This document shows positions 20,160 through 28,865 of a DNA stretch of 64,000 nt, piece after piece. Numbering within the stretch: position 1 is the stretch's first letter; each line of letters starts with the position of its first letter. This stretch comes from an uncultured candidatus Brocadiaceae bacterium (lineage in GTDB: Bacteria; Planctomycetota; Brocadiia; SM23-32). The DNA is taken from contig CAZFSS010000002.1 of NCBI GenBank assembly GCA_964521715.1, forward strand, positions 151,828-215,827, written 5' to 3'. The position numbers and the translations under genes were made by a program. A model generated the notes under the pieces. The model was not told the DNA's origin, made no database searches, and saw nothing but the letters and a program-made list of their open reading frames with translations.

Positions 20160-20379
20160 TCCGGATCCTCCGCTTCTGCCCTCTATCCCTCGCCCCTCGC
20201 AGGCCGGCGGTCCGTCCGCCGTACGGCGGCCAAGCCCTGCACGAACGGGGCTGCTGGACGACTGGCCCAGCATCTTACCACACCGGCGCGGTGAGGTGCG
20301 AAGTCGCGCCCCCTCCCCGCCGCAATCCTTGCCCCTGCCTTGCCCGCCGAAGCCCTCGCGGAGGCGGGTCGTGCTCTTG

Positions 20380-20545
20380 CTCTTACTCCTGCTCCGCGCG
20401 CCCGCTGTTCCCCTTCGGTTGCGCTCAGGGCCTTCGGGTTGCTCCCGCCGTTCGGCGGGCAAGCGTTGTTCGTTGTTCGTCGTTACTGGCAACTGGCCAC
20501 TGGCAACTGGCCACTGCCGTTACCCTCCCACTGCTTGACGCCCCA
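20380..20545. repeat. Word-based intergenic repeat element (copy R2), direct repeat of R1 on the other side of the ADH gene
   Basis: CTCTTGCTCTTACTCCTGCTC ... GTTGTTCGTTGTTCGTCGTTACTGGCAACTGGCCACTGGCAACTGGCCACTG matches R1 in the same orientation. Confidence 0.7.
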
Positions 20546-20620
20546 AGGCTTTGGCTGTAGCCTGTAGCCGCGTGGGGGCATGCGCTCCCCTTCCCCCACA
20601 GGGCCGCGACAGAGGGGCAG

Positions 20621-21973
20621 ATGGCTCTCTTCGACGATCAGCAGAGCGGGCAAGCTCTTGAGCCGCCCTCGGATGCACCGCTGGCCACGCGGATGCGGCC
20701 GCGCACGCTAGAGGAATTCGTCGGCCAGGAGCACTTCGTCGGCGAGGGGCAGCTTCTCTGGCGGATGATCAAGGCCGACCGGCTCGCCTCCCTCATCTTC
20801 TACGGCCCGCCGGGCACGGGCAAGACGGCGCTGGCCTACGTGATCGCCCGCCGGACGCAGGCGCACTTCGAGCCCATCGACGCCACCACGTCCAACGTGG
20901 CCGAGCTCCGCGAGGTCCTTTCGAAGGCCGTCGAGCGCAAGGGGCGCGGCCAGCGGACCGTCCTGTTCATCGACGAGCTGCACCGCTTCAACCGCGCCCA
21001 GCAGGACGTGCTGCTGCCGGATGTCGAGAAGGGGACCGTCATCCTGATCGGCGCAACGACCCACAATCCCTTCCACTCGATCAACTCGCCGCTCCTGTCG
21101 CGCTCGCAGATATTTCAGTTCAAGCCGCTCGGCCGCGAGCACCTGCGCGAGCTGTTGCTTCAAGCGCTGCGGGACGAGGAGCGCGGGCTGGGCCGGCATC
21201 CCGTGGACCCCGACGACGACGCCCTCGACCTCCTTGCCGAGATGTGCGACGGCGACGCCCGGCGCGCGCTCAACTCGCTCGAGGTCGGCGTGCTGAGCAC
21301 CGAGCCGGGGCCGGGCGGGCGGGTCCGCTTCGACCTGGCCCTCGCCGAAGCCTCCATCCAGCGCAAGGCCCTCGTCTACGACCGCGACGAGGACGAGCAT
21401 TACGACACTGCCAGCGCCTTCATCAAAAGCATGAGGGGCAGCGACCCGGACGCCGCCCTCTACTGGATGGCCAAGATGCTCGAAGGCGGAGAGGACCCGC
21501 GCTTCATCGCGCGCCGCATCGTCATCTGCGCCGCAGAGGACGTGGGCAACGCCGCCCCTTACGCCCTGGTGCTGGCGACCGCCGCTCAGCAGGCCGTCGA
21601 GTTCGTCGGCATGCCAGAGGCGAGGATCCCCCTCGCCCAGGCCGTCACCTACATCGCCTGCGCGCCGAAGAGCAACGCCTCCTGCATGGCCATTGACGCG
21701 GCGGAGAAGGACGTGCGGGAGGGCCGCACGCTCCCAGTGCCCGACCATCTGAAGGACGCCAGCTATCCGGGCGCCGAGCGCCTCGGGCACGGCAAGGGCT
21801 ACAAGTACGCGCACAGCTACGAGGGGCACTGGGTAGACCAGGACTACATCCCCACCACGCGCATCTACTATCGCCCGACCGAGCAGGGGCACGAGAAGAA
21901 CCTCAAGGCCCGCCTCGACGCCATCCGCAAGGCCCGCGGAATCGAAGACAAGCCGCAGGACGACGCCAGGTAA
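20621..21973 (+). CDS. rarA: Replication-associated recombination protein A (AAA+ ATPase RarA/MgsA)
   Basis: Walker A GPPGTGKT, Walker B LFIDELHRF, sensor motifs and the MgsA C-terminal domain. 450 aa. Confidence 0.9.
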   Translation: MALFDDQQSGQALEPPSDAPLATRMRPRTLEEFVGQEHFVGEGQLLWRMIKADRLASLIFYGPPGTGKTALAYVIARRTQAHFEPIDATTSNVAELREVLSKAVERKGRGQRTVLFIDELHRFNRAQQDVLLPDVEKGTVILIGATTHNPFHSINSPLLSRSQIFQFKPLGREHLRELLLQALRDEERGLGRHPVDPDDDALDLLAEMCDGDARRALNSLEVGVLSTEPGPGGRVRFDLALAEASIQRKALVYDRDEDEHYDTASAFIKSMRGSDPDAALYWMAKMLEGGEDPRFIARRIVICAAEDVGNAAPYALVLATAAQQAVEFVGMPEARIPLAQAVTYIACAPKSNASCMAIDAAEKDVREGRTLPVPDHLKDASYPGAERLGHGKGYKYAHSYEGHWVDQDYIPTTRIYYRPTEQGHEKNLKARLDAIRKARGIEDKPQDDAR

Positions 21974-22006
21974 CCACAACGACACAACGAGCACGACGAG
22001 GCACGG
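21974..22006. repeat. Left arm of inverted repeat flanking the GxxExxY gene (AACCACAACGACACAACGAGCACGACGAGGCAC)
   Basis: Its reverse complement matches 22418..22450 at about 80% identity, and it matches the left arm of the hairpin element at 23605..23700. Confidence 0.65.
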
Positions 22007-22008
22007 AG

Positions 22009-22413
22009 TTGGGAGAAGGGGTGCAGTTCGAGCCGGTCCCGCCGGAGACAGAGGCCGTTGCGGCGAACGTCATCGAGGCCGCATTCCGCGTCCACCGCGC
22101 CTTGGGCCCGGGCCTGCTCGAATCTGCCTACGAGGCCTGCGTGTGTCACGAACTAGGCAAGTTGGGCGTCCCATTCGAGCGCCAGATCGACGTCCCCCTC
22201 GAATACGACGGCGTCCGCCTGGGTATAGGTCTACGCCTGGACCTGCTGGTCGGTGAGCGCGTCGTCGTTGAACTGAAAGCCGTGGAGAGGATCCAGCCGC
22301 TCCATGAAGCCCAGTTGCTGACGTACATGAAGTTGACGGGGGTGCGTCTCGGGCTGCTCCTCAACTTCGACGTGAAGCAGTTGAAGGACGGCATAGTGAG
22401 GATGGTCCTGTGA
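22009..22413 (+). CDS. GxxExxY family protein (PD-(D/E)xK-like)
   Basis: 134 aa with the motif GLLESAY (G-x-x-E-x-x-Y) and the overall pattern of the GxxExxY family. Bracketed by inverted repeats. Confidence 0.7.
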   Translation: MGEGVQFEPVPPETEAVAANVIEAAFRVHRALGPGLLESAYEACVCHELGKLGVPFERQIDVPLEYDGVRLGIGLRLDLLVGERVVVELKAVERIQPLHEAQLLTYMKLTGVRLGLLLNFDVKQLKDGIVRMVL

Positions 22414-22417
22414 TGCC

Positions 22418-22450
22418 CGTCAACGTCGTGGGCGTCGTGTCGTCGTGGTT
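22418..22450. repeat. Right arm of inverted repeat flanking the GxxExxY gene (GTCAACGTCGTGGGCGTCGTGTCGTCGTGGTTCC)
   Basis: Reverse complement of the 21974..22006 arm. Contains CGTCGTGTCGTCGTGGTT, the exact complement of the left arm of the 23605..23700 hairpin. Confidence 0.65.
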
Positions 22451-22464
22451 CCCGTAGAGGTGCA

Positions 22465-23604
22465 GTGGGGGGCATGTTCAGGAAGAGGCCACAGGCAGCG
22501 CGGCGCTGGTGCCCGAAGTGCAACGAGCCGATGGGGCCGATGCGCATCGAGGGCACCGAGGCCGACCTGTGCCTGAAGTGCATGGGCATGTGGTTCGAGG
22601 CCGGCGAGCTCTCGCGCGCCTCCGGGCTGAAGATCACCGAGGCACCCACCGGCAGCGCGCTGGCCGGCGCCAGGCGCACGCCCTACCGCTGCCCCTCCTG
22701 CGCCGTCCCCCTGTACGAACGCGAGCTCGACCCCGGCTCCGAGATCCTCATCGACCAGTGCCCCAGGTGCTCGGGCCTGTTCCTCGACCGCGACGAGTTC
22801 GGCCGCGCCCAGAGCTACTTCCGCGCCAAAGGCGCCCCGCGGCTCAAGAGGCGGCGCCCCACGGAGCCGCCGCGCCGCCCCGTCTACACCACGGCCAGCG
22901 ACATAGACGAGGACGGCACGGGCGCCGTCTTGTTCCAGTTCATGACGGGCCTGCCGCTCGAAGTCGGCATGGCCACCACGATCTTCCCGTTCCTGACGGT
23001 CGGGCTGCTGCTGGTCAACACGGCGGCCTTCGTCCTTGCGGCGACCGAGGGCCTGCGGGCGTCGGTGTTCGGATGGGGGCTCGTGCCGTCCGAGGTGCTC
23101 GGGGGACACCGGCTCTACACCTTCCTTACCTCGATGTTCATGCACGGCGGCGTGATGCACCTGGTCGGCAACATGTATTTCCTGTACTTGGTGGGGGACA
23201 ACCTGGAGGAGCGGCTGGGGCGGCTGAAGCTCCTCGGGCTCTACCTTCTGTGCGGGCTGATGGCCGGCGTGGCGCACGTGGTCGGCAATCCCCACTCGAC
23301 GGTGCCGGCCGTCGGCGCGAGCGGGGCGATCTCCGGCCTGATCGCCGCTTACGCAGTGTTCTTCCCGCGCGCGCGGTTCGTGATCCGGTGGTTCTGGTTC
23401 TTCTGGTATCACGTCAAGTTCGGCGTGCCGGCGTGGGGGTACTTCGTCTTCTGGGTGTTGCTTCAGGTCTTCTTCGCGTCGCTGGGCTTGCCGGGCGTGG
23501 CGTGGTGGGCGCACGTGGGGGGCTTTGCGTGCGGGATTGCAGTCGCGTGCTTCGTGCGCTGGCACGAGATGCAGCAGAAACCCTTGCAACCCGCGCGCCG
23601 GTGA
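22465..23604 (+). CDS. Rhomboid family intramembrane serine protease with N-terminal double zinc-ribbon domain
   Basis: Two CxxC...CxxC ribbons (CPKC...CLKC; CPSC...CPRC), then multi-TM rhomboid core with catalytic GASGAISG and a downstream His (AHVGG). Confidence 0.8.
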   Translation: MGGMFRKRPQAARRWCPKCNEPMGPMRIEGTEADLCLKCMGMWFEAGELSRASGLKITEAPTGSALAGARRTPYRCPSCAVPLYERELDPGSEILIDQCPRCSGLFLDRDEFGRAQSYFRAKGAPRLKRRRPTEPPRRPVYTTASDIDEDGTGAVLFQFMTGLPLEVGMATTIFPFLTVGLLLVNTAAFVLAATEGLRASVFGWGLVPSEVLGGHRLYTFLTSMFMHGGVMHLVGNMYFLYLVGDNLEERLGRLKLLGLYLLCGLMAGVAHVVGNPHSTVPAVGASGAISGLIAAYAVFFPRARFVIRWFWFFWYHVKFGVPAWGYFVFWVLLQVFFASLGLPGVAWWAHVGGFACGIAVACFVRWHEMQQKPLQPARR

Positions 23605-23700
23605 AGACGTCAACCACGACGACACGACGTGCACGACGAGGGCACAGCAATCAGAGACCGGCGTTACGTAGTGGTCGTCGTGCCGTTGTGGTTAGAAGGG
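23605..23700. repeat. Hairpin (inverted-repeat) element of the CACGAC-word family, both arms adjacent (MITE/REP-like)
   Basis: AACCACGACGACACGACGTGCACGACGAGGGCAC ... GTGGTCGTCGTGCCGTTGTGGTT is seen in the sequence. Its arms are homologous to the two arms flanking the GxxExxY gene. Confidence 0.6.
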
Positions 23701-25252
23701 AACGTCCGCACGCGATCTCGAAGTCGTCCACGTTTACGCTGCCCGAGGTGTCGGGCCCGAACTCGAGCCGCACGCACTGCCACTGCGTCCAGTCGAGCGG
23801 GAAGCTGCTGAGGGGGATCTCGACCTCCGCCCATCCGCCCTCCAGCTCCGTCACGCCGACGGCATCGGCAGCGGCAGCGGCCGACTTCCCCGCGGCGTCG
23901 CCCATGACCACGCGGAACGCCTCCGGCGGCCGCGCATCGCCGCGCAGGACGAAGCTGAACGTCCCCCCGGCCTCGCGATACTCCGACAGGTCATTGGGAT
24001 GGTAGGGGCCGAGCTCGACCGACGCCCCGCCCTGCTGCCACATGATGCGGAGGGAGGGCGGCGCCTGGCCGAACAGATCGGGGTCCGCCTTCACCTCAAC
24101 GGCGCCGCGCGTCCTGGGCGACGGGCCGGCGAACGGCGTCTCGCCCGAGCATATGGGGAAGGCGTAGTCGGTCGTCCTGGGGCCGAAGTCGGCGGGGACC
24201 TCCTGGCCCGCGGCGGCGAACGCGTTGAGCTCCTTCATCCACTGCGCGGTGCGAGGGCTGAGCTCGGGGATGACGCGGAAGGTGCCCGGCTCCGGCACGG
24301 GATAGAACCAGTGAAAGCCGTATGCCCGGATGCCTTCGCGGATGATGGCCTTCATGTACCAGACGATCTCGGGGTTCTCGCCGTCCGCGGTGAGGCGGGG
24401 CTCAGCGCCGAACTCGCCCAGGAACAGGGGCTTGCCCACCTCGCGGGCGGCCGCGACCTGCCCGCGCACCATGCGGACGTAGTCCCGCTCCGTGTGCCAG
24501 TTGTAAGTCCACGGGTCGTTCGTGTAGGCGTGGATGCTGGTGATGTCGATGCCGCGGGAGGCGTTGATGTTGACCCAGCCCCGGCGGCTCTCAGGGGTGT
24601 CCGGCCAGTGCATGCCGCCGTCCACGCCGCTGCTGATGAGGTGATTGGGGTCGACGGCCTTCAGGTCCGCGGCGGCCTGCTCGTAGAAGCGCCTGGTCCC
24701 CGGCAGATCGTCCGGACTGCCGCGGTACTCGTTGGCCACCTCCCAGAAGAGGATCTGCGTCTCGTCCTTGTAGCGCGCGCAGAAGTCCTGGACGAATTCC
24801 TTCCAGGCGCGGTAGGCTTCGCTATCGACGTCGAACCTGCTGCCGGGCGCGGCGCTGGCGGGCAGTTCCGTGAAGGTGAGGATCAGGTATATCCCGTCGG
24901 TCCTGCATGGATCGACGAACACCCGGTCGAACTCACGGTAGAAGGCGTCGCGGTCCTGCCGCCATCTGTCGTAGGTGGCGGCATTCTCGCCCTCGCCGGT
25001 GCCGGGGACCCACGTGCGGATGGCGTTGAAGCCGTAGTCCTTGCAGTTGCGCAGGCCTGATGCGAACCACGGCCCGTTGAACTTGAACCAGTGGCCCACG
25101 GCCGGGTCGCAGCAGTTGGCCCGAATCGAGAAGGGCCGTCCGTCCTTGCAGAACGTGCCGTCCCTGATCGTCAGGAAGCCCCGCTGCGGGCCGTCACCCG
25201 CCGCGACGCCTGCGCCCAGAACCGCGACGGCCGCCGCCACTGCGCCGCACAC
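23651..25252 (-). CDS. Glycoside hydrolase family 5 (clan GH-A) protein with C-terminal beta-sandwich domain, secreted
   Basis: Catalytic acid/base motif ILFWEVANE and nucleophile motif PLFLGEFG are present, with a signal-like N-terminus. The start is uncertain: GTG at 25252 is proposed, and the track ORF extends to 25612. Confidence 0.7.
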   Translation of the reverse strand: MCGAVAAAVAVLGAGVAAGDGPQRGFLTIRDGTFCKDGRPFSIRANCCDPAVGHWFKFNGPWFASGLRNCKDYGFNAIRTWVPGTGEGENAATYDRWRQDRDAFYREFDRVFVDPCRTDGIYLILTFTELPASAAPGSRFDVDSEAYRAWKEFVQDFCARYKDETQILFWEVANEYRGSPDDLPGTRRFYEQAAADLKAVDPNHLISSGVDGGMHWPDTPESRRGWVNINASRGIDITSIHAYTNDPWTYNWHTERDYVRMVRGQVAAAREVGKPLFLGEFGAEPRLTADGENPEIVWYMKAIIREGIRAYGFHWFYPVPEPGTFRVIPELSPRTAQWMKELNAFAAAGQEVPADFGPRTTDYAFPICSGETPFAGPSPRTRGAVEVKADPDLFGQAPPSLRIMWQQGGASVELGPYHPNDLSEYREAGGTFSFVLRGDARPPEAFRVVMGDAAGKSAAAAADAVGVTELEGGWAEVEIPLSSFPLDWTQWQCVRLEFGPDTSGSVNVDDFEIACGRSLLTTTARRPLRNAGL

Positions 25253-25575
25253 CTTAAGAGCCTCTAACAGAATGACCCGTGGCCGCGACGGAGCGGATTT
25301 CCCCGCAGGCCAAGGAGCGTCGGGCGCCGGCGCACTAGGGGTCCGATGCGCCAAGCCTGCGCGACGCCGGAATGCGGCGAAGGACGCCCGTCCCTTCGGG
25401 TTGCGCCTCAGGCCGGCGTCTGCTGTGTCAGGTCTCCTCGCCGTGCCTGACCCTGGCACGGGCTCGGAGCCCTTCCTTGCATCCATCCGGCCGGAGGCGC
25501 AACGCGGCTCACGCGGCATTCCGTCAGAGGCTCTAAGCCCATAGACGCCCGTCATGCCCCTTCCCTCCCCAGGAT

Positions 25576-25670
25576 CGCGCCGTGCCATCCCGAGCGGTCC
25601 GCAGCTCCGCACCTGTCATCCCGAGCGGTCCGCAGCTCCGCACCTGTCATCCCGAGCGGTCCGAAGCTCC
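25576..25670. repeat. 31-bp tandem direct repeat (CATCCCGAGCGGTCCGCAGCTCCGCACCTGT), about 2.7 copies, with internal palindrome CGGTCCGC/GCGGACCG
   Basis: Read directly in the intergenic region upstream (promoter side) of the GH5 gene. Confidence 0.8.
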
Positions 25671-25835
25671 GCGGACCGCGAGGGATCTCGCGCCCGGGAG
25701 GGCGGCGGCTGTCGGACCGGCGAGATTCCTCTTGCGCCATACGGCGCACTCGGAATGACACAGGGTGACCTCGCGCCCTGCCACCCGTGCCTCTCGCTCC
25801 GTGACTCACGTATTCTGCACCGGCGGCAAGGTTTG

Positions 25836-28700
25836 TCAAGGGTTGGGCGCGGCGGCGCCGGCGAGTGCCCGCTTGTAGAAGAACCTGGCCTGCGCGGCCT
25901 GCGGCCCTTCCGGCTCGAACTCCATGGCCCTGCGCAGGTTCTCCAATGCCTCCGTCCGGCGGCCCGCGGCCAGGCATCTGCGCCCGGCGGCCAGGTACAG
26001 GGAGGACAGGGCCGTTTGCCGGAGGAACTCGGCATTCCTGTCATCCGGGTTCAGCGCCAGGCACCGGCCGAAGGCGGCCTCCATCTGCTGGAACGTGCTC
26101 ACGTAGGCCTCGGCGCTGACGGGCAGCGCGTCCAGCACCACCCAGTAGTATTCGGCTGCGCCCAGCTCGGCCGTGGCCCCGGACCAGCGGGCGACGCGCT
26201 CACGCACCTCGGCGCTCTCCTCTGGCGGGACGTTGACCAGCCGCGGCCAGACGGACTGCCTCGCCGCATGAAGGAGCCGGACGTTGCGCGGATAGCCCGC
26301 CGGCGAACGGGGCCGGCCGCAGTGGAACTCCACAAGCGGACGGTCGTCGGTATGCAGCGGCCCGGGCCCGATAAGGTCCCGCAGCGCCTCGTCCGCGCAG
26401 CAGAATCCGTCCAGCAGGTCGTACACGTCTTGCACGTCGCAGCGGGCGAGGTGGGCGCGCGCCGCGGGCCGGTTCACGCGGGCCCGGACGTCCTGGAAAT
26501 CGATGCGCAGGGGCTCCTCGGTGCCCACCAGCACGCAATGACCCGGAGTGCACTTATACCAGACGCTGGTGTAGGGGAACTCCGCCTGGAACGAGCGGAT
26601 CAGCGTCTTGAAGTCCTCGTGCGGCATTGCGTGCAGGGGCAGCCACTGGCACATCACGCCGCCGGGCGCCAGGATGCGCTTGCACTCCCTGTAGAAGTCC
26701 GTGGTGTAGAAGCTGGCGTTGCCGCTGCTGACGCCCGGGTGGATGATGCCGGCCTGAATGACGTCATACTTCTGCTTTGTCCCGAGCACGTAGTTGCGCC
26801 CGTCGTCGACGTAGAGGCGGACGTGTTCGTCCGACAGGATGTCGTTGTTCACGTGCTTGAAGAAGCGGTTGGCTTCGATCACCCCGCCGCTCAGTTCCAC
26901 CACGTCTACGTCCAGGTCGTGAACGCGACAGGCCCAGGCGGTGAACCCGATGCCGAAGCCGATCAGCAGCGCCCGCTTCGGGTGCGGGTGCAGCAGAACG
27001 GGGTAATGGGCGATCATCTCGTGGCTCGGCCGGTCCAGGCGACCGGTCTCGGCCACGACGCTGTGGTTGACCAGCAGAAGGCGCGTGTGCTCGTAGGCGT
27101 CCACGACGGACACGGTGCTCTCGACGCCATCGTCGTAGTCCAGAAGCTCGCGCTGCTCGATGGCCTGGAGCACCTGGCTGGCGTCGACCAGAGGCACAGG
27201 GCGCAGCACGAGCAGCAATGCCACGGGCACCAGAGCGGCCGCCGAAACGCCGAGCCCCACCCGCACAGACCGCCTGAGCCGGCGCACGGGGTCGGCCCGG
27301 AACACCCAGGCCGCCAGGCCCAGGTTGATCAGCGCCGTCGCGATGATGGTCCGCTGGACCCCTAGCAAGGGGATCAGGACGAAGCCTCCGGCGAAAGCGC
27401 CGAAGATCGAGCCCAGCGTGTCCAAACAGCCGATGACGCCCATCTTTCGGCCCAGCTTCGCCAGGGCCGGCACATAGATGCGGGAGACCACCGGCATCGT
27501 GGCGCCCATAAAGGCCGTGGGCGGCAGGATGACCAGGCAGGTGACAGCGAACGAGCCGAACGTCGCCCCCGCCCAGTGCCATCGCAGCAGCGACTGCCGA
27601 AAACCGGCGTGGAAGCGCATCATCCACGGCAGCAGCGGTATCGTGATGAGGGCCGTGACCGCTATGCCCAGCTCGATCAGGCCCAACACCCGATACGGGT
27701 CGGGCGTGCGGTCCACCCACCGCTTCACCGCGAACGCGCCCACTGACAGCCCTGCCAGGAACGTGGCCACGATGGCGGTGATGGCGTAGATGTTCGTCTG
27801 AAGGAAGAAGATCAGCATGCGCATCCAGGCCATCTGGTAAACGAGGGAGGTGAAACCCTCGATGCCGAAGACCCAGAGGGCCACCTTCACCGCGCCGGGC
27901 AGTGGGGGTGCCGCGGCGGGTTCCGGCATCGGCACGGCCGCATCAGGCGCGCCCTTCGGTCCCAGGCGCCGGTCCAGGGCCAGCGCCCCCAGCGCCACGG
28001 CCAGGTTCAGCGACGCCGCCAGGGCGTGCGTGCCGTTGACGCCGAGCAGCTCGATGAAGGCATAGCCAGCCAGCATGCATCCGATGAAGGCGCCCAGGTT
28101 ATTGGCCGAATAGAGCCCGGCCACCTCCTTGCCCAGGCGTTCTGCGTGCGAGACGTAGGCGCGCGAGAGGACCGGCAGCGTGCCGCCCATCAGCGACGTA
28201 GGCACCAGCAACACCGCGAACGAGAGCCCGAACCGCACCAGGCTCATCACGTAGTGGTTCTGCCCGAAGGGCCCGTAGAACGCCACGTAGACGGGCTCCA
28301 GGGCTTCGGCGATCAGCGGGAAGAGCGCTCCGAAGGCACCGATCCCGAGCTCCAGCATCGCAAAGAGCACCAGAGGCCGGCGCCACCGGTCCGCCAGCCG
28401 CCCGAAGTAAAGGCTCCCCAGGGCCAGGCCCGCCATGAACGTCGTGACCACCGCGCTGGTGGCGTAGACGGTCACACCGAACACGAGGTAGAGCTTCCTG
28501 GCCCACACGATCTGGTAGACCAGGGCCGCAACGCCCGAGAGGAAGAACATCAGCAGCATCACGTAAGCTGCTCCCCGGGACGCGCGGGCCCGACCGACCG
28601 GTTCCGATGTGGTTCCAGCCTGGGACACCAGAGCCCTCTGGCTGCGATCCTGAAGCACACCAAAGGTCTGGATTCTCGACGAAAGGTTCGGACGTTTCAA
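25836..28700 (-). CDS. Fused MFS-like transporter / spermidine synthase-family (polyamine aminopropyltransferase-like) protein with C-terminal TPR
   Basis: An N-terminal ~14-TM region is followed by a spermidine-synthase fold (GGGDGGV-like motif; VELSGGVIEANRFF...DVIQAG) and C-terminal TPR-like repeats. The real start may be the internal Met near 28559. Confidence 0.7.
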   Translation of the reverse strand: MKRPNLSSRIQTFGVLQDRSQRALVSQAGTTSEPVGRARASRGAAYVMLLMFFLSGVAALVYQIVWARKLYLVFGVTVYATSAVVTTFMAGLALGSLYFGRLADRWRRPLVLFAMLELGIGAFGALFPLIAEALEPVYVAFYGPFGQNHYVMSLVRFGLSFAVLLVPTSLMGGTLPVLSRAYVSHAERLGKEVAGLYSANNLGAFIGCMLAGYAFIELLGVNGTHALAASLNLAVALGALALDRRLGPKGAPDAAVPMPEPAAAPPLPGAVKVALWVFGIEGFTSLVYQMAWMRMLIFFLQTNIYAITAIVATFLAGLSVGAFAVKRWVDRTPDPYRVLGLIELGIAVTALITIPLLPWMMRFHAGFRQSLLRWHWAGATFGSFAVTCLVILPPTAFMGATMPVVSRIYVPALAKLGRKMGVIGCLDTLGSIFGAFAGGFVLIPLLGVQRTIIATALINLGLAAWVFRADPVRRLRRSVRVGLGVSAAALVPVALLLVLRPVPLVDASQVLQAIEQRELLDYDDGVESTVSVVDAYEHTRLLLVNHSVVAETGRLDRPSHEMIAHYPVLLHPHPKRALLIGFGIGFTAWACRVHDLDVDVVELSGGVIEANRFFKHVNNDILSDEHVRLYVDDGRNYVLGTKQKYDVIQAGIIHPGVSSGNASFYTTDFYRECKRILAPGGVMCQWLPLHAMPHEDFKTLIRSFQAEFPYTSVWYKCTPGHCVLVGTEEPLRIDFQDVRARVNRPAARAHLARCDVQDVYDLLDGFCCADEALRDLIGPGPLHTDDRPLVEFHCGRPRSPAGYPRNVRLLHAARQSVWPRLVNVPPEESAEVRERVARWSGATAELGAAEYYWVVLDALPVSAEAYVSTFQQMEAAFGRCLALNPDDRNAEFLRQTALSSLYLAAGRRCLAAGRRTEALENLRRAMEFEPEGPQAAQARFFYKRALAGAAAPNP

Positions 28701-28865
28701 GCACGGGCCAATCAGCGGCCGCCGGCCCCTGAACCGCTCCCACGACTTGAGGGGGGCCGTCCGCCGAGCGCTTGACAGCCGCGCGGGCAGGACGCAGAAT
28801 CTCCGGAGTCACACTGCCGGTGCGTGCAGATGCGCTCTGCATCGAGCCGGGAGAAAGGAACTGCA

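Noticed and set aside
20029-20567. Small + strand ORFs over 20029..20567
   Set aside because: They translate the word-repeat element R2 (Leu/Ser/Pro runs). These are repeat DNA, not genes.
20708-21994. 428-aa - strand ORF
   Set aside because: Antisense to rarA (Walker A/B present on the + strand).
22420-24005. ORFs 22420..23634 (-) and 22509..24005 (+)
   Set aside because: They overlap the rhomboid gene in other frames or on the other strand. The rhomboid frame has a GASGAISG catalytic motif and TM helices.
25576-25670. Possible CRISPR array
   Set aside because: Only about 2.7 directly abutting 31-bp units with no unique spacers, and no cas genes nearby. It is a simple tandem repeat.
25554-27365. 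603-aa + strand ORF
   Set aside because: Antisense to the MFS-spermidine-synthase fusion gene.
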